From: Verrucomicrobiota bacterium
GTDB lineage: Bacteria > Verrucomicrobiota > Verrucomicrobiia > Verrucomicrobiales > DEV007
DNA length: 34,184 bases
NCBI GenBank assembly: GCA_045046875.1
Contig: JASFYY010000072.1
Span: forward strand, 1 to 34,184
Direction of reading: 5' to 3'
Below the pieces are notes generated by a model. That model ran no database searches and was not told the DNA's origin. It saw nothing but the letters and a program-made list of their open reading frames with translations. Of this stretch, positions 9,550 through 18,774 are shown in pieces. How positions within the stretch are numbered: the first letter of the stretch is position 1; each line of letters opens with the position of its first letter. Made by a program: the position numbers and the translations under genes.

Positions 9550-10119
9550 ATGCCAGAGAACCAACAAAGCACTGGAAAAACCATCCTGCTGGGAGTGACC
9601 GGCTCCATTGCCGCCTTCAAAGCAGCAGACATCGCCAGTCAACTGGTGAAACTCGGCCATCAAGTGCATGTGATCATGACGGCCGAAGCCCAGGAATTCA
9701 TCACTCCGCTCACTTTACAGACCTTGTCCCGACAAGCGGTGATCACTCGGCTCGCCGATGAAAAAAACTCTTGGCAGCCCGGACACATCCATCTCGCCGA
9801 TAGCGCACACCTGCTGCTCATCGCCCCCGCCACCGCTAACATCATCGCCAAACTAGCTCACGGCATCGCCGACGACGCCCTGAGCACCATTGCCCTCGCG
9901 CTACGCGCCCCGCTGCTCATCGCCCCTGCCATGAACGGCAACATGTGGCAACACCCGGCTACCGTCAATAATGTGAAAACTCTTTCCGACCGCGGCAGCC
10001 ACTTCATCGGCCCCGAAAAAGAAGGCATGCTCGCTTGCGGTTACGAAGGCGCCGGACGGCTGTGGCCCGTTGACGGTATAATAGAAAAAGTGGAGAAAGT
10101 ATTAACCTTCCAATGCTAA
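9550..10119 (+). CDS. coaC: Phosphopantothenoylcysteine decarboxylase (stand-alone CoaC)
   Basis: GVTGSIAAFK, GHIHLA, APATANIIAK, APAMN, LACGYEGAGRL HFCD flavoprotein motifs. Confidence 0.93.
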   Translation: MPENQQSTGKTILLGVTGSIAAFKAADIASQLVKLGHQVHVIMTAEAQEFITPLTLQTLSRQAVITRLADEKNSWQPGHIHLADSAHLLLIAPATANIIAKLAHGIADDALSTIALALRAPLLIAPAMNGNMWQHPATVNNVKTLSDRGSHFIGPEKEGMLACGYEGAGRLWPVDGIIEKVEKVLTFQC

Positions 10120-10179
10120 GAGCATCGATCCCCCGAGTTGCACACATAGGAAAAAAAATCCTGATACCCCTCATTAAAA

Positions 10180-10238
10180 ATCCGTGCCATCCGTGAAATC
10201 CGTGGTTAAAAAATATTCTTATTCGTGTTCATTAGCGG
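10180..10238. repeat. Short-period intergenic micro-repeat (ATCCGTG x3, 9-bp period, plus an ATTCGTG/ATTAGCG variant pair)
   Basis: ATCCGTG at 10180, 10189 and 10198; ATTCGTGTTCATTAGCGG at 10221-10238. Confidence 0.75.
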
Positions 10239-10265
10239 TCCCGCCTTCTTCACTTTACCTCCAGC

Positions 10266-10916
10266 ATGAAAATTCTCATCACAGCCGGCCCCACCCGCGA
10301 AGCCATCGACCCGGTGCGTTACATCAGTAACCGCTCCTCTGGCAAAATGGGCTACGCCATCGCCGAGGCTGCCGTGGCTGCCGGTCATGAGGTGATTTTG
10401 ATATCCGGCCCCGTGGCACTCAGCGCTCCTGAGCAAGCCCATCTCACCCAGGTCACCACCGCCGAGGAAATGTATGCTGCCGTTGCGAATCAGATCGGCG
10501 AACAAGTGGACCTGGCTGTTTTCTGCGCTGCAGTAGCCGATTACCGTCCGGTAGAAGCCGCCGAACAAAAAATCAAAAAGAGCCATGCCGAGCAAATGAC
10601 ACTCGTGCTGGAAAAAACCCGGGACATCCTTGCTAATGTTCGCGGAAAAATGAACTTTCCCGGCCTACTGGTGGGTTTTGCCGCCGAAACCAATGATCTG
10701 GAAAAACACGCACGCGACAAACTCAGCAAAAAAAAGTGCGATCTCATCGTCGCCAATCTCGTCAACGATCCAGAGACCGGCTTTGACGTTGATGAAAATG
10801 AGCTGCAGCTATTTTACGCCGATGGTCAAAGCGAAAAAATGCCACGGCAAACAAAAACCCTGTTGGCAGAGAAACTGATCGAAATCTTCGCCAAGCTGGG
10901 CGAAGCTAGATCATGA
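10266..10916 (+). CDS. coaB: Phosphopantothenate--cysteine ligase (stand-alone CoaB)
   Basis: LITAGPTREAIDPVRYISNRSSGKMG, AAVADYRP, VGFAAET, DLIVAN. Confidence 0.94.
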   Translation: MKILITAGPTREAIDPVRYISNRSSGKMGYAIAEAAVAAGHEVILISGPVALSAPEQAHLTQVTTAEEMYAAVANQIGEQVDLAVFCAAVADYRPVEAAEQKIKKSHAEQMTLVLEKTRDILANVRGKMNFPGLLVGFAAETNDLEKHARDKLSKKKCDLIVANLVNDPETGFDVDENELQLFYADGQSEKMPRQTKTLLAEKLIEIFAKLGEARS

Positions 10917-11659
10917 GCCAACATCTGGATATCGCCATCGAAGCCGCCAATAAAGCCGGCGTTCTACTTAGGGAAAATTACGAGACCGAACTGGTGGTCG
11001 ACTCCTTGCTCGATCACGACATCAAACTCAATCTCGACGTGCTCACGCAGGATCTGATCACCAAATGCCTGCTGGGAGCTTTCCCCGATCATGCACTTTA
11101 CGGAGAAGAAGGCGTCGCCGGTAATGAGGACAGTGACTGGCAATGGGTCGTTGATCCGATCGACGGCACGGTGAATTATTTTTATGGCATCCCTCACTTT
11201 TGTGTATCGATCGCGCTGCGGCATAAAAAAGAGATCGTGCTCGGTGTCATCTACGACCCGATGGCCGACAGTCTGTGGGCAGTGGAGAAAGGCGAACGCC
11301 CGACTTTGAATGGCAAGGAAATCCAGACCAGCTGCCGTGATCAATTAAAAGACACCGTGATGACCATCGGCTTTTCCAAAACCAAGGAATCTATGGACGC
11401 TGGGTTGGAGCGCTACAAAAAAATCGCCTACAAAGTTCGCAAAACCCGCATGATGGGCAGCGCCGCTTTAGCTCTTGCTTATATCTCCTGCGGTCGCCTA
11501 GATGCTTACATCGAAGAAACCATCAGCCTGTGGGATGTCGCGGCAGGGATTTTACTGGTGGAGAGTGCGGGCGGAAAAATCGAACTCACACCCGCCGAAG
11601 GCAATGAAGATAAATTCGGGATTGTGGCGACCAACGGCAAGGTTGTTATTGAAGACTAA
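10913..11659 (+). CDS. suhB: Inositol monophosphatase family protein (SuhB-like)
   Basis: GEEG, WVVDPIDGTVNY, GSAALALAY, WDVAAG; ATGA overlap with coaB stop. Confidence 0.85.
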   Translation: MSQHLDIAIEAANKAGVLLRENYETELVVDSLLDHDIKLNLDVLTQDLITKCLLGAFPDHALYGEEGVAGNEDSDWQWVVDPIDGTVNYFYGIPHFCVSIALRHKKEIVLGVIYDPMADSLWAVEKGERPTLNGKEIQTSCRDQLKDTVMTIGFSKTKESMDAGLERYKKIAYKVRKTRMMGSAALALAYISCGRLDAYIEETISLWDVAAGILLVESAGGKIELTPAEGNEDKFGIVATNGKVVIED

Positions 11660-11690
11660 ATACAAATTCATTTTCAACCCAACATAAATT

Positions 11691-12170
11691 ATGCAGTGCA
11701 GTGGAATAGGATACGACGTACATCGATTTGCAACCGGACGACCACTCATTCTCGGGGGAGTGGACATTCCGCATGAACGTGGACTCGAAGGGCATTCCGA
11801 CGCCGATGTGTTGTCACATGCCATCGCCGACGCCGTGCTCGGAGCGATGGGCTTGAATGATATCGGTTTTTATTTTCCTCCTGAGGACGACAGCATAGAA
11901 GGTATCTGCAGTTTGGATATTCTCAAAAAAGTGCGTCAACTGGCAGAAGGGAAATCCGCTTGGATTCACAACATCGACAGCACCCTGATCGCCGAACGCC
12001 CCAAGATCATGCCGCACGTAGAGCGAATGAAAATTAAAATCGCTGATGCGCTGGGCATTAAACCTTCCCAGGTAGGTGTCAAAGCCACCACCAACGAGTT
12101 GATGGGTTTCATCGGTCGCGAAGAAGGTATCGCAGCGATGGCCGTAGCGAGTGTGGAAATCCGCGAGTAA
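11691..12170 (+). CDS. ispF: 2-C-methyl-D-erythritol 2,4-cyclodiphosphate synthase
   Basis: GIGYDVHRF, GHSDADV, DIG..FP, KATTNE, GREEGIAA. Confidence 0.97.
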   Translation: MQCSGIGYDVHRFATGRPLILGGVDIPHERGLEGHSDADVLSHAIADAVLGAMGLNDIGFYFPPEDDSIEGICSLDILKKVRQLAEGKSAWIHNIDSTLIAERPKIMPHVERMKIKIADALGIKPSQVGVKATTNELMGFIGREEGIAAMAVASVEIRE

Positions 12171-12202
12171 CGCAAGGCCCTCCGCCTTACCCACCTTCCA
12201 CC

Positions 12203-13045
12203 ATGTTCTGGCATTGCGGCAAACATCATCGACTTGATCCCGGCAAGCAGGGGGTCATTATGGGCATCTTGAATGTCACTCCGGATTCTTTCTCCGATGG
12301 CGGCAGTTTTAATTCCGTGTCGCAGGCTGCGGAACATGCTTTTTGCATGTTCGATGAAGGGGCGGCCATCGTCGATATAGGCGGCGAATCGACCCGACCC
12401 GGAGCTGATCCGGTGGATGTTAGCTGTGAAATGGAACGTGTTCTTCCAGTGATCAAATCGATCATCCGGCAACGCCCGCAGGCATTACTTTCCATCGACA
12501 CATCGAAGGCGCTTGTGGCTCGCGCTGCTTGTGAAGCAGGCGTAGCCATCATCAACGATGTGACCGGCCTGATTGGAGATGCCGCGATGGCATCCGTGGT
12601 GGCCGAAACCGGGGCAGGCTTGGTCATTATGCACGCACAAGGCGACCCTCGAACCATGCAGGACAACCCCAGTTACCAGGATGTTGTCAAAGATGTGCGT
12701 GATTTTTTTCAGCGACAGGTTCAAATTGCTGTCGATGCCGGAGTAAAACCCGACGCCATAGCCCTGGATCCTGGCATTGGCTTTGGTAAAAGCGACAAAC
12801 ACAATATCACGCTTCTCCGGCATTTATCCCAATTGATGATTGAACCTCACCCCTTGTTAATCGGCGTTTCAAGAAAATCCTTCATCGGCCGTTTGCTCAA
12901 TCACGAGGATCCCGATAACCGCGCCTCCGCCACCTGTGCCCTGACTGCCTTAACCCGATCTTTAGGAGCAGTTATTCATCGTGTCCACGATGTGCGAGCC
13001 AATCTCGACGCGCTGCGTATGGCAGAGGTGTTGCTGGAGGAATAA
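12203..13045 (+). CDS. folP: Dihydropteroate synthase
   Basis: MGILNVTPDSFSDGG, DIGGESTRPG, SIDT, INDV, DPGIGFGK, SRKSF, RVHDV. Confidence 0.97.
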   Translation: MFWHCGKHHRLDPGKQGVIMGILNVTPDSFSDGGSFNSVSQAAEHAFCMFDEGAAIVDIGGESTRPGADPVDVSCEMERVLPVIKSIIRQRPQALLSIDTSKALVARAACEAGVAIINDVTGLIGDAAMASVVAETGAGLVIMHAQGDPRTMQDNPSYQDVVKDVRDFFQRQVQIAVDAGVKPDAIALDPGIGFGKSDKHNITLLRHLSQLMIEPHPLLIGVSRKSFIGRLLNHEDPDNRASATCALTALTRSLGAVIHRVHDVRANLDALRMAEVLLEE

Positions 13046-13049
13046 AGAA

Positions 13050-15581
13050 TCACTCCTTACCCGCTTCAAAAACCGGATATTTCTCCTTGAGCTTGGCTTT
13101 AAGCTGAGCAGCCTTGTCTGTCTGCCCCGATTTATCAAAAGCCACCGCCGCCTTGTGCAGGGCCTCGGGAGTGATCAGCGGATCGACAAAAATCTGGCTA
13201 ACGATCAAATATAATCGAGCCGCACCTTGGGCATCATTGTTAGCAAATGCGATGTCACCCAGCAACATACGGGCCGTGGCATTGATGCGTCCTTCTTTTT
13301 GCAATCGCAGAGCTTCGTTTGCAGATTTTTTAGCTTCTTCAAAATCCTTGATACCCAACTGGGCCTTGCCTTTGTTGACCAGCGTTTTTGCCCTGAGAGC
13401 AGGACGGGCGATGAATTTTAAATAAAAATCAAATGGTGCGACCGCTTTGGCATAATGCTCAAGCTTGAGATTAGCCTGCCCCAGATAGTTCCACACTTCC
13501 GGGCGGGTTTGGCTGGGCGAATCCGGGCTGCTGGCCAACTCCAAAAAACGCGCCGCACGTTCAAACTGACCATCTTCAAATAGTTTGATCCCCACGTAGG
13601 TGAAGATTGGCACAGGGATCGTCAGTTTGCGTTTGGTGGAAAGAAAGGTCTCGGTTTCGCTGGTCATTTTTTCAAGCTGCTCAAGCTGATACGCGGCCAG
13701 AATAATACGACGGGTGGCCACTTCATAATAGGTTTTTTCATCTTCCTTGCGGGCTTTTTCCAGGAAGGGTATCGCTTGCTGGTATTTTTTCTGCTGGATA
13801 TAACCACTGCCAATCCAAAAGTGCGCTTCAGCCAAAACCGATGTTTGAGGAAATTTTTCTAACAGGTCGATGAAGGCCTTCACCATCGCCTCGGTATCTT
13901 TCATTGCCAGTTGGATGACCGCAATCTGTTGCATGGCAAACTCAAGTTCTTTGGAAGAACTGTATTTGCTAGTCAAAGTTTGATAGTCTCTCAAAGCCCT
14001 CTTGGGGTCTTTGGTGAGCTGATAAACACTCGCCCGTTTTGCCAGAACAGATGAAGCCAGAGCATCGTCCGGGTATTGCTTGAGAAATTTGCCGAGAGTG
14101 GAAATGCCCTCTTCCACTTGCCCCCCCTCAAGTTGAGACCAACCGAGCTTGTACAACCAGGCGATATGATGCTCCTGCGGAATGTTCTCCGTGCGAATAG
14201 CGGCGTATGCCTTGGCCGCGTCAGCGTATTGACTGTGTTCAAAATGCCACTCGGCCTTCATCAAAAGAGCAAGATCGATGTATTTGACCGAAGCATCGAT
14301 TTTCTGTTGTTGTTCAACATATCGAGCGGCGAGCACCGCCAGGCCTCCATCATTGAGAGAATTCAGGCACTGCAGACGACGGTAACCCGCTTCGATACCT
14401 TCCTCACGATCCCGGTAATTTCTTTCTACAATGGCATAGACCTTGGCCGCTTGTTTCAAGTCCTTGGTTAGACGATAGGAATGGGCCACCAGTAGCAGCA
14501 TCTGGGCCCGGCTGTCAGCAGGTGCATCGTAAATGCCGCGACTGTAACTGCGAATAACCGCTTCATAATCCCCTGCCGAAAATTGATTGAAAATCAAGCC
14601 GATCTGCGCCAGCGCTTTCCAGGTTTTGCCAGACTCACTTTGCAACACTTTGTCGAGCATCTGATTGCTCTCTTCACGTTTGCCGAGCTTGGCGGCGATC
14701 AATCCTCCACGGGCATAAGCTTCATCGAGTTCATCGGCATCTTTGGAATGGGCAATGACATTTTTCAAAGCTTCAAAAGCTTTTTCATTGTTATCCAGTT
14801 CGACATAAAGGTGCGCAATCGCCGAGCGGGCATTACCCGCAAAAGGATTTTCCTCCCCCTGTCCACTGGTGACCAGCAATTGTTCATAAGCCTCCACCGC
14901 TTCTTGTTTTTTACCTGTCAATTGCAGGCAACGCGCCCGGTAATAATAAGCCTGTTCTTCCAGCTTGGGGTTGGCGATATTCTTTTCAGCGATCTCAAAA
15001 TACGGAATGGCCTTGGCGAAATTTTTCTCATTAAAATACAACGTCGCCAGACGGAAGGCGGCTGAGCCGGAATAAACTCCGGTTTTGTATTGTTTGATCA
15101 ACCTCTCGTAAGCTTGTTTGGCCTGCACCAGTTGTGGCAACTGCAAATAACACTCGGCGAGACGGAAAGCTGCGCTGGCTCCATTAGGACTCTGCGGGTG
15201 GTTTTTCAAAAACAACTCATACTGGCGAATCGCAATCGCGTACTGCTTGTGGCTGAACAAAAGGTTGGCGTAAGTCAGATCATCTTCCAACACCGGGCCT
15301 TTGCCATCCTTATCCTTGGCATCGGGATTCATCTCGATCGGTTTGGCTTTGATAAAGGCAGTGCCTTTTATCGGCGTCGCTTTACCAGCGACAACCGGAG
15401 ACGCCTTACCAGCGGTCACCGGCGTGGCCTTCACCGATCCCGGAGCCGTAACAACGGGACGGGCAATCGCTTTTTTATCGCCATCGCTCTGCGCAAGTAC
15501 AAGCGAAACGTTTGCCAGCAATACCCATACAGCGACAAAAACTTTTCTTTTAACAAGACAACTAGGAGAACAGTCAATCAT
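13050..15581 (-). CDS. Large periplasmic tetratricopeptide-repeat protein (CpoB/BamD-like TPR solenoid)
   Basis: Signal peptide (..VLAQ); many TPR units such as AIRQYELFLKNHPQS, FLKQYPDD, LLEKFPQT, ending LKEKYP; ATGA overlap with exbD. Confidence 0.88.
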   Translation of the reverse strand: MIDCSPSCLVKRKVFVAVWVLLANVSLVLAQSDGDKKAIARPVVTAPGSVKATPVTAGKASPVVAGKATPIKGTAFIKAKPIEMNPDAKDKDGKGPVLEDDLTYANLLFSHKQYAIAIRQYELFLKNHPQSPNGASAAFRLAECYLQLPQLVQAKQAYERLIKQYKTGVYSGSAAFRLATLYFNEKNFAKAIPYFEIAEKNIANPKLEEQAYYYRARCLQLTGKKQEAVEAYEQLLVTSGQGEENPFAGNARSAIAHLYVELDNNEKAFEALKNVIAHSKDADELDEAYARGGLIAAKLGKREESNQMLDKVLQSESGKTWKALAQIGLIFNQFSAGDYEAVIRSYSRGIYDAPADSRAQMLLLVAHSYRLTKDLKQAAKVYAIVERNYRDREEGIEAGYRRLQCLNSLNDGGLAVLAARYVEQQQKIDASVKYIDLALLMKAEWHFEHSQYADAAKAYAAIRTENIPQEHHIAWLYKLGWSQLEGGQVEEGISTLGKFLKQYPDDALASSVLAKRASVYQLTKDPKRALRDYQTLTSKYSSSKELEFAMQQIAVIQLAMKDTEAMVKAFIDLLEKFPQTSVLAEAHFWIGSGYIQQKKYQQAIPFLEKARKEDEKTYYEVATRRIILAAYQLEQLEKMTSETETFLSTKRKLTIPVPIFTYVGIKLFEDGQFERAARFLELASSPDSPSQTRPEVWNYLGQANLKLEHYAKAVAPFDFYLKFIARPALRAKTLVNKGKAQLGIKDFEEAKKSANEALRLQKEGRINATARMLLGDIAFANNDAQGAARLYLIVSQIFVDPLITPEALHKAAVAFDKSGQTDKAAQLKAKLKEKYPVFEAGKE
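15372..15431. repeat. Imperfect 24-bp coding tandem repeat (KATPVTAG / KASPVVAG / KATPI)
   Basis: cggcgtcgctttaccagcgacaac, cggagacgccttaccagcggtcac, cggcgtggcctt at 24-bp period in the TPR gene N-terminus. Confidence 0.7.
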
Positions 15582-16027
15582 GGCGCCGTGCCGGTTTTTT
15601 TGGGAGCCAGGGCTTCTACAGGTTTGGTGGTCGCAAAAGCTATGTTCCAGATGTTGGCTTTTTTACACACATCGAGAATATTGATGATGTGTTGAAAACT
15701 CGCTTTGCTGTCTCCTCGCAGGATCACCGCCTGGTCGGGATACTCCTCCGAGATAGCGTGCAGGCGGGCGAGCAAATCATCTTCGGTGACCACCGCACCA
15801 TTCACCACGATCACACCGCCTTTGTCCACATTCACAATGATCTCACCAACCTGGCGCTCCGGATCGGCGCCCTCTTCCGCAGCGGGAACGGACACATCGA
15901 CGTTGCGTTCCTGTTGGGCGGAATTCCAGGTGACGATGAAAAAAATGAGTAACAGAAACACCACGTCGATCATCGGCGCGAGTTCCATTTCCGCTTCTTG
16001 CGGTGTGCTGTAATCCCGGAAGTTCAT
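15578..16027 (-). CDS. exbD: ExbD/TolR family biopolymer transporter
   Basis: LAPMIDVVFLLLIFFIV transmembrane helix with conserved Asp; VILRGD; NIAFAT. Confidence 0.93.
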   Translation of the reverse strand: MNFRDYSTPQEAEMELAPMIDVVFLLLIFFIVTWNSAQQERNVDVSVPAAEEGADPERQVGEIIVNVDKGGVIVVNGAVVTEDDLLARLHAISEEYPDQAVILRGDSKASFQHIINILDVCKKANIWNIAFATTKPVEALAPKKTGTAP

Positions 16028-16086
16028 CGTATCAGGGCAGAAAAATCAGTGGTCGTAAAAGGTGAATAACAAACAGTTAAAATAAG

Positions 16087-17004
16087 CTAGAGACTGCGCG
16101 GTTCATGGGATGGACCAAAATCACCCTGCTCGGCATCCCGTTCACTGCGGCGAGCCGAAGCACGGTAGTTGGCGCGTTTGTATTGCGCTGCCAACAACGC
16201 CATGATGTGTGTGGCAGCCGCTTCCATTTCAGCGATCAGTTTTTGTACCTTGCCACGAAAGATCGAATAAAAAATCATCGAGGGAATACCGATAACCAAA
16301 CCGGTAGCGGTGGTGATCAGCGCCTGGGCCACCCCCGGTGCCAGTTCCATCTGCTGCACCCCGACTCCGATGTTGTTAAAAGCTTTGATCATCCCGATCA
16401 CCGTTCCCAGCAAACCAACCATCGGAGCGATGCGACCGATATCCGCGAGGTAAATAATGCGTTGATTCAAAATACTGGCTTGGCGGGACCCTTCCGCTTC
16501 GGTGACTTCGCGGACTTCATCGAAGGATGCGGTAGGGTTTTTTGTAGCAAAATCAAGCGCCTTGTGAACGATACGGGCGATGCATTCGTTCTCCCGATTA
16601 CAGACTGCTATCAGACCGAGGTAATCCTGTTTGCGGATCAAAGCATCGGCAGCATTCATGAATTTATCACTCACCACTGATCCCTGACGGATGGTGAAAA
16701 AGTAAAAAATGATCAACAGCATGGCGACGAAGGACAGGATGGCCAGCGGAATCATCACCAGCGCTCCGCCTTTCATCAATATGTCGAGAAAGGTCTCGGT
16801 TGCCGCGACCGCCGCCGGATCGCTGGCTACCGCTGCTGGCACGGCGCTCATCGTGGCCGTTGCCGTACCCACTGCGGGTGGTGCAGCAGGTGCGGGCGCT
16901 GCCGCAGGCGTAGCGGTTTGCGCCAAAATGAATGCTGCGCTGCAGAAAAACAGCAACAAGCCAGATGCAATGAGGGGATGTAAATAGGACCTTAGTCGAT
17001 ACAT
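16087..17004 (-). CDS. exbB: MotA/TolQ/ExbB proton channel protein with signal peptide and Ala-rich N-terminal linker
   Basis: APMVGLLGTVIGMIKAF, GVAQALITTATGLVIGIP; KGGALVMIPL first TM. Confidence 0.93.
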   Translation of the reverse strand: MYRLRSYLHPLIASGLLLFFCSAAFILAQTATPAAAPAPAAPPAVGTATATMSAVPAAVASDPAAVAATETFLDILMKGGALVMIPLAILSFVAMLLIIFYFFTIRQGSVVSDKFMNAADALIRKQDYLGLIAVCNRENECIARIVHKALDFATKNPTASFDEVREVTEAEGSRQASILNQRIIYLADIGRIAPMVGLLGTVIGMIKAFNNIGVGVQQMELAPGVAQALITTATGLVIGIPSMIFYSIFRGKVQKLIAEMEAAATHIMALLAAQYKRANYRASARRSERDAEQGDFGPSHEPRSL

Positions 17005-17091
17005 AGTTTATTGTTGTGAGCCATGGGTTAGGTTTGCGCAAGCAAAACCCGCGGCTAATCTACAGGTTTCAGTGATCCTTGCAAATACTCG

Positions 17092-18678
17092 ATGGCAACT
17101 CCCGAAAAACCCGACTTTCAGAAAATGCTGCACCAAGTGCCGCATGAGCCGGGGGTGTATTTGATGCGCGACCGGCTGAAACGTGTGATCTATGTAGGCA
17201 AAGCACGTGACCTGCGCAAACGGCTGGCCTCCTACTTCACTCCCTCGCGCAAAAAAAAGGCTGAATTAAAAACCAAGGCTTTGATCGACAGCATCTGGGA
17301 TTTTGAAATCCACACAGTGCGCAACGAACCCGAGGCCTTGTTGCTGGAAAGTAAGTTGATCAAAGACTACCGCCCGAAATACAATGTCAGCTTCCGTGAC
17401 GACAAACGTTTTCTGATGGCCAAGGTGAATCTCGCCGAACCCCTGCCACGCTTTCAGTTGGCGCGGGTGCGCAAGGGCGATGGGGCCAAGTATTTCGGAC
17501 CTTTTGTGCATTCAGCGGCTTTAAAACAAACTCTGAACTGGCTCAGTCTGGAATTCGGCCTGCGCAGCTGCCGACCGCTGCAGCCCAATGAAAACGACTA
17601 CAAACACTGTCACGACGACGTTATTCGCAACTGCTGCGCGCCATGTATTGGCAAGGTCAGTGAGGAGGAATACCGCGCCAAAGTCGAACAAGCCTGCGGA
17701 TTCATGAAAGGCCGCTCACGGGAAATGGTCGCAGAAATCGAAAGCGAGATGTTAAAAGCTGCCGCGCGCCAGGATTTCGAACGCGCCGCGGAGTTGCGTG
17801 ACATGGCGGACAGCATGAAAAAAACGCTGCACAAGGCGCGCAACTTTTTACATGTGCCAGGGGTCCCTGGAGCCCCCGCCGGTTCGGTGATCGATCCGCA
17901 ACAGGACGTACTCGAGTTGCAGGAAGTGCTGTCCATGACACGTCCGCCGAAGGTAATGGAGTGTTTTGATATCTCGAACATCTCCAATACCTACTCGGTG
18001 GCATCGATGGTGCAGTTCCGTGAAGGTCGCTCCAAAAATCAAAACTACCGCCGCTACCGGATTCGCACAGTTAAAGGCCAGGACGACTTTGCCAGCATGG
18101 CGGAAGTGGTGAAACGCCGTTATTCGGGCATTTTGCGAGCCGCACGGGAGAACATCGGCAATGAAGCCTGTGATATGAACCAACAATCCCCCTTGCAGGC
18201 GATGCGGGACCTGGAAAAAAAACTGCCAGTGGGGGCTAGATTGCCGGATCTGGTGATCGTCGACGGAGGCAAAGGCCAGCTCAGCTCGGCGATGAAGGAA
18301 CTGCAACGACTGGGGCTGCACGAACTGCCGATCATCGGCCTGGCCAAGGAACGCGAGGAAATTTATCGGCCAAATTGCTCCGAACCGATCGTTTTGTCCC
18401 ACGAAGCCGGTGCTTTGAAACTGCTACAGCGAATCCGTGACGAAGCCCATCGTTTTGCCAACGGCTACCACCAATTATTGATGAAACGCCGTATCAAAGA
18501 AAGTGTGCTCGACGATTGCCCGGGCATCAGCCGTGCCCGCAAGGAACGTCTGTTAACGGCTTTTGGCTCTCTTGCCCGTCTGCGCAAGGCTGAAATCGAA
18601 AAAATCGCTGAAGTGAAAGGCATCAGCCTGAAACTGGCTGGTGAAATCGCGCAATTCCTGAAAACCCACGGCTCTTGA
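17092..18678 (+). CDS. uvrC: Excinuclease ABC subunit C
   Basis: GIY-YIG domain (PGVYLM...IYVGKARDLRKRL), Cys cluster, FERAAELRD UVR domain, ECFDISN, DGGKGQL, RDEAHRFA, C-terminal HhH. Confidence 0.98.
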   Translation: MATPEKPDFQKMLHQVPHEPGVYLMRDRLKRVIYVGKARDLRKRLASYFTPSRKKKAELKTKALIDSIWDFEIHTVRNEPEALLLESKLIKDYRPKYNVSFRDDKRFLMAKVNLAEPLPRFQLARVRKGDGAKYFGPFVHSAALKQTLNWLSLEFGLRSCRPLQPNENDYKHCHDDVIRNCCAPCIGKVSEEEYRAKVEQACGFMKGRSREMVAEIESEMLKAAARQDFERAAELRDMADSMKKTLHKARNFLHVPGVPGAPAGSVIDPQQDVLELQEVLSMTRPPKVMECFDISNISNTYSVASMVQFREGRSKNQNYRRYRIRTVKGQDDFASMAEVVKRRYSGILRAARENIGNEACDMNQQSPLQAMRDLEKKLPVGARLPDLVIVDGGKGQLSSAMKELQRLGLHELPIIGLAKEREEIYRPNCSEPIVLSHEAGALKLLQRIRDEAHRFANGYHQLLMKRRIKESVLDDCPGISRARKERLLTAFGSLARLRKAEIEKIAEVKGISLKLAGEIAQFLKTHGS

Positions 18679-18774
18679 TCCCAACCTGAAAATCACCGCA
18701 AATTGTGGGTTTTCGACAAGGATGAAAGATGGTAGGGTTTCAGTCCGTATAAAGGAATAAAATAAATTCCAAAG

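Noticed and set aside
9550..10916. coaBC as a broken pseudogene
   Set aside because: Both halves are complete domains with their own starts and intact motifs; split CoaC/CoaB is a known natural arrangement.
17005..17091. LexA/SOS box upstream of uvrC
   Set aside because: No TGTTC-N4-GAACA, CTGT-N8-ACAG or GAAC-N4-GTTC match seen; only a weak TTTGC-GCAA-GCAAA hairpin.
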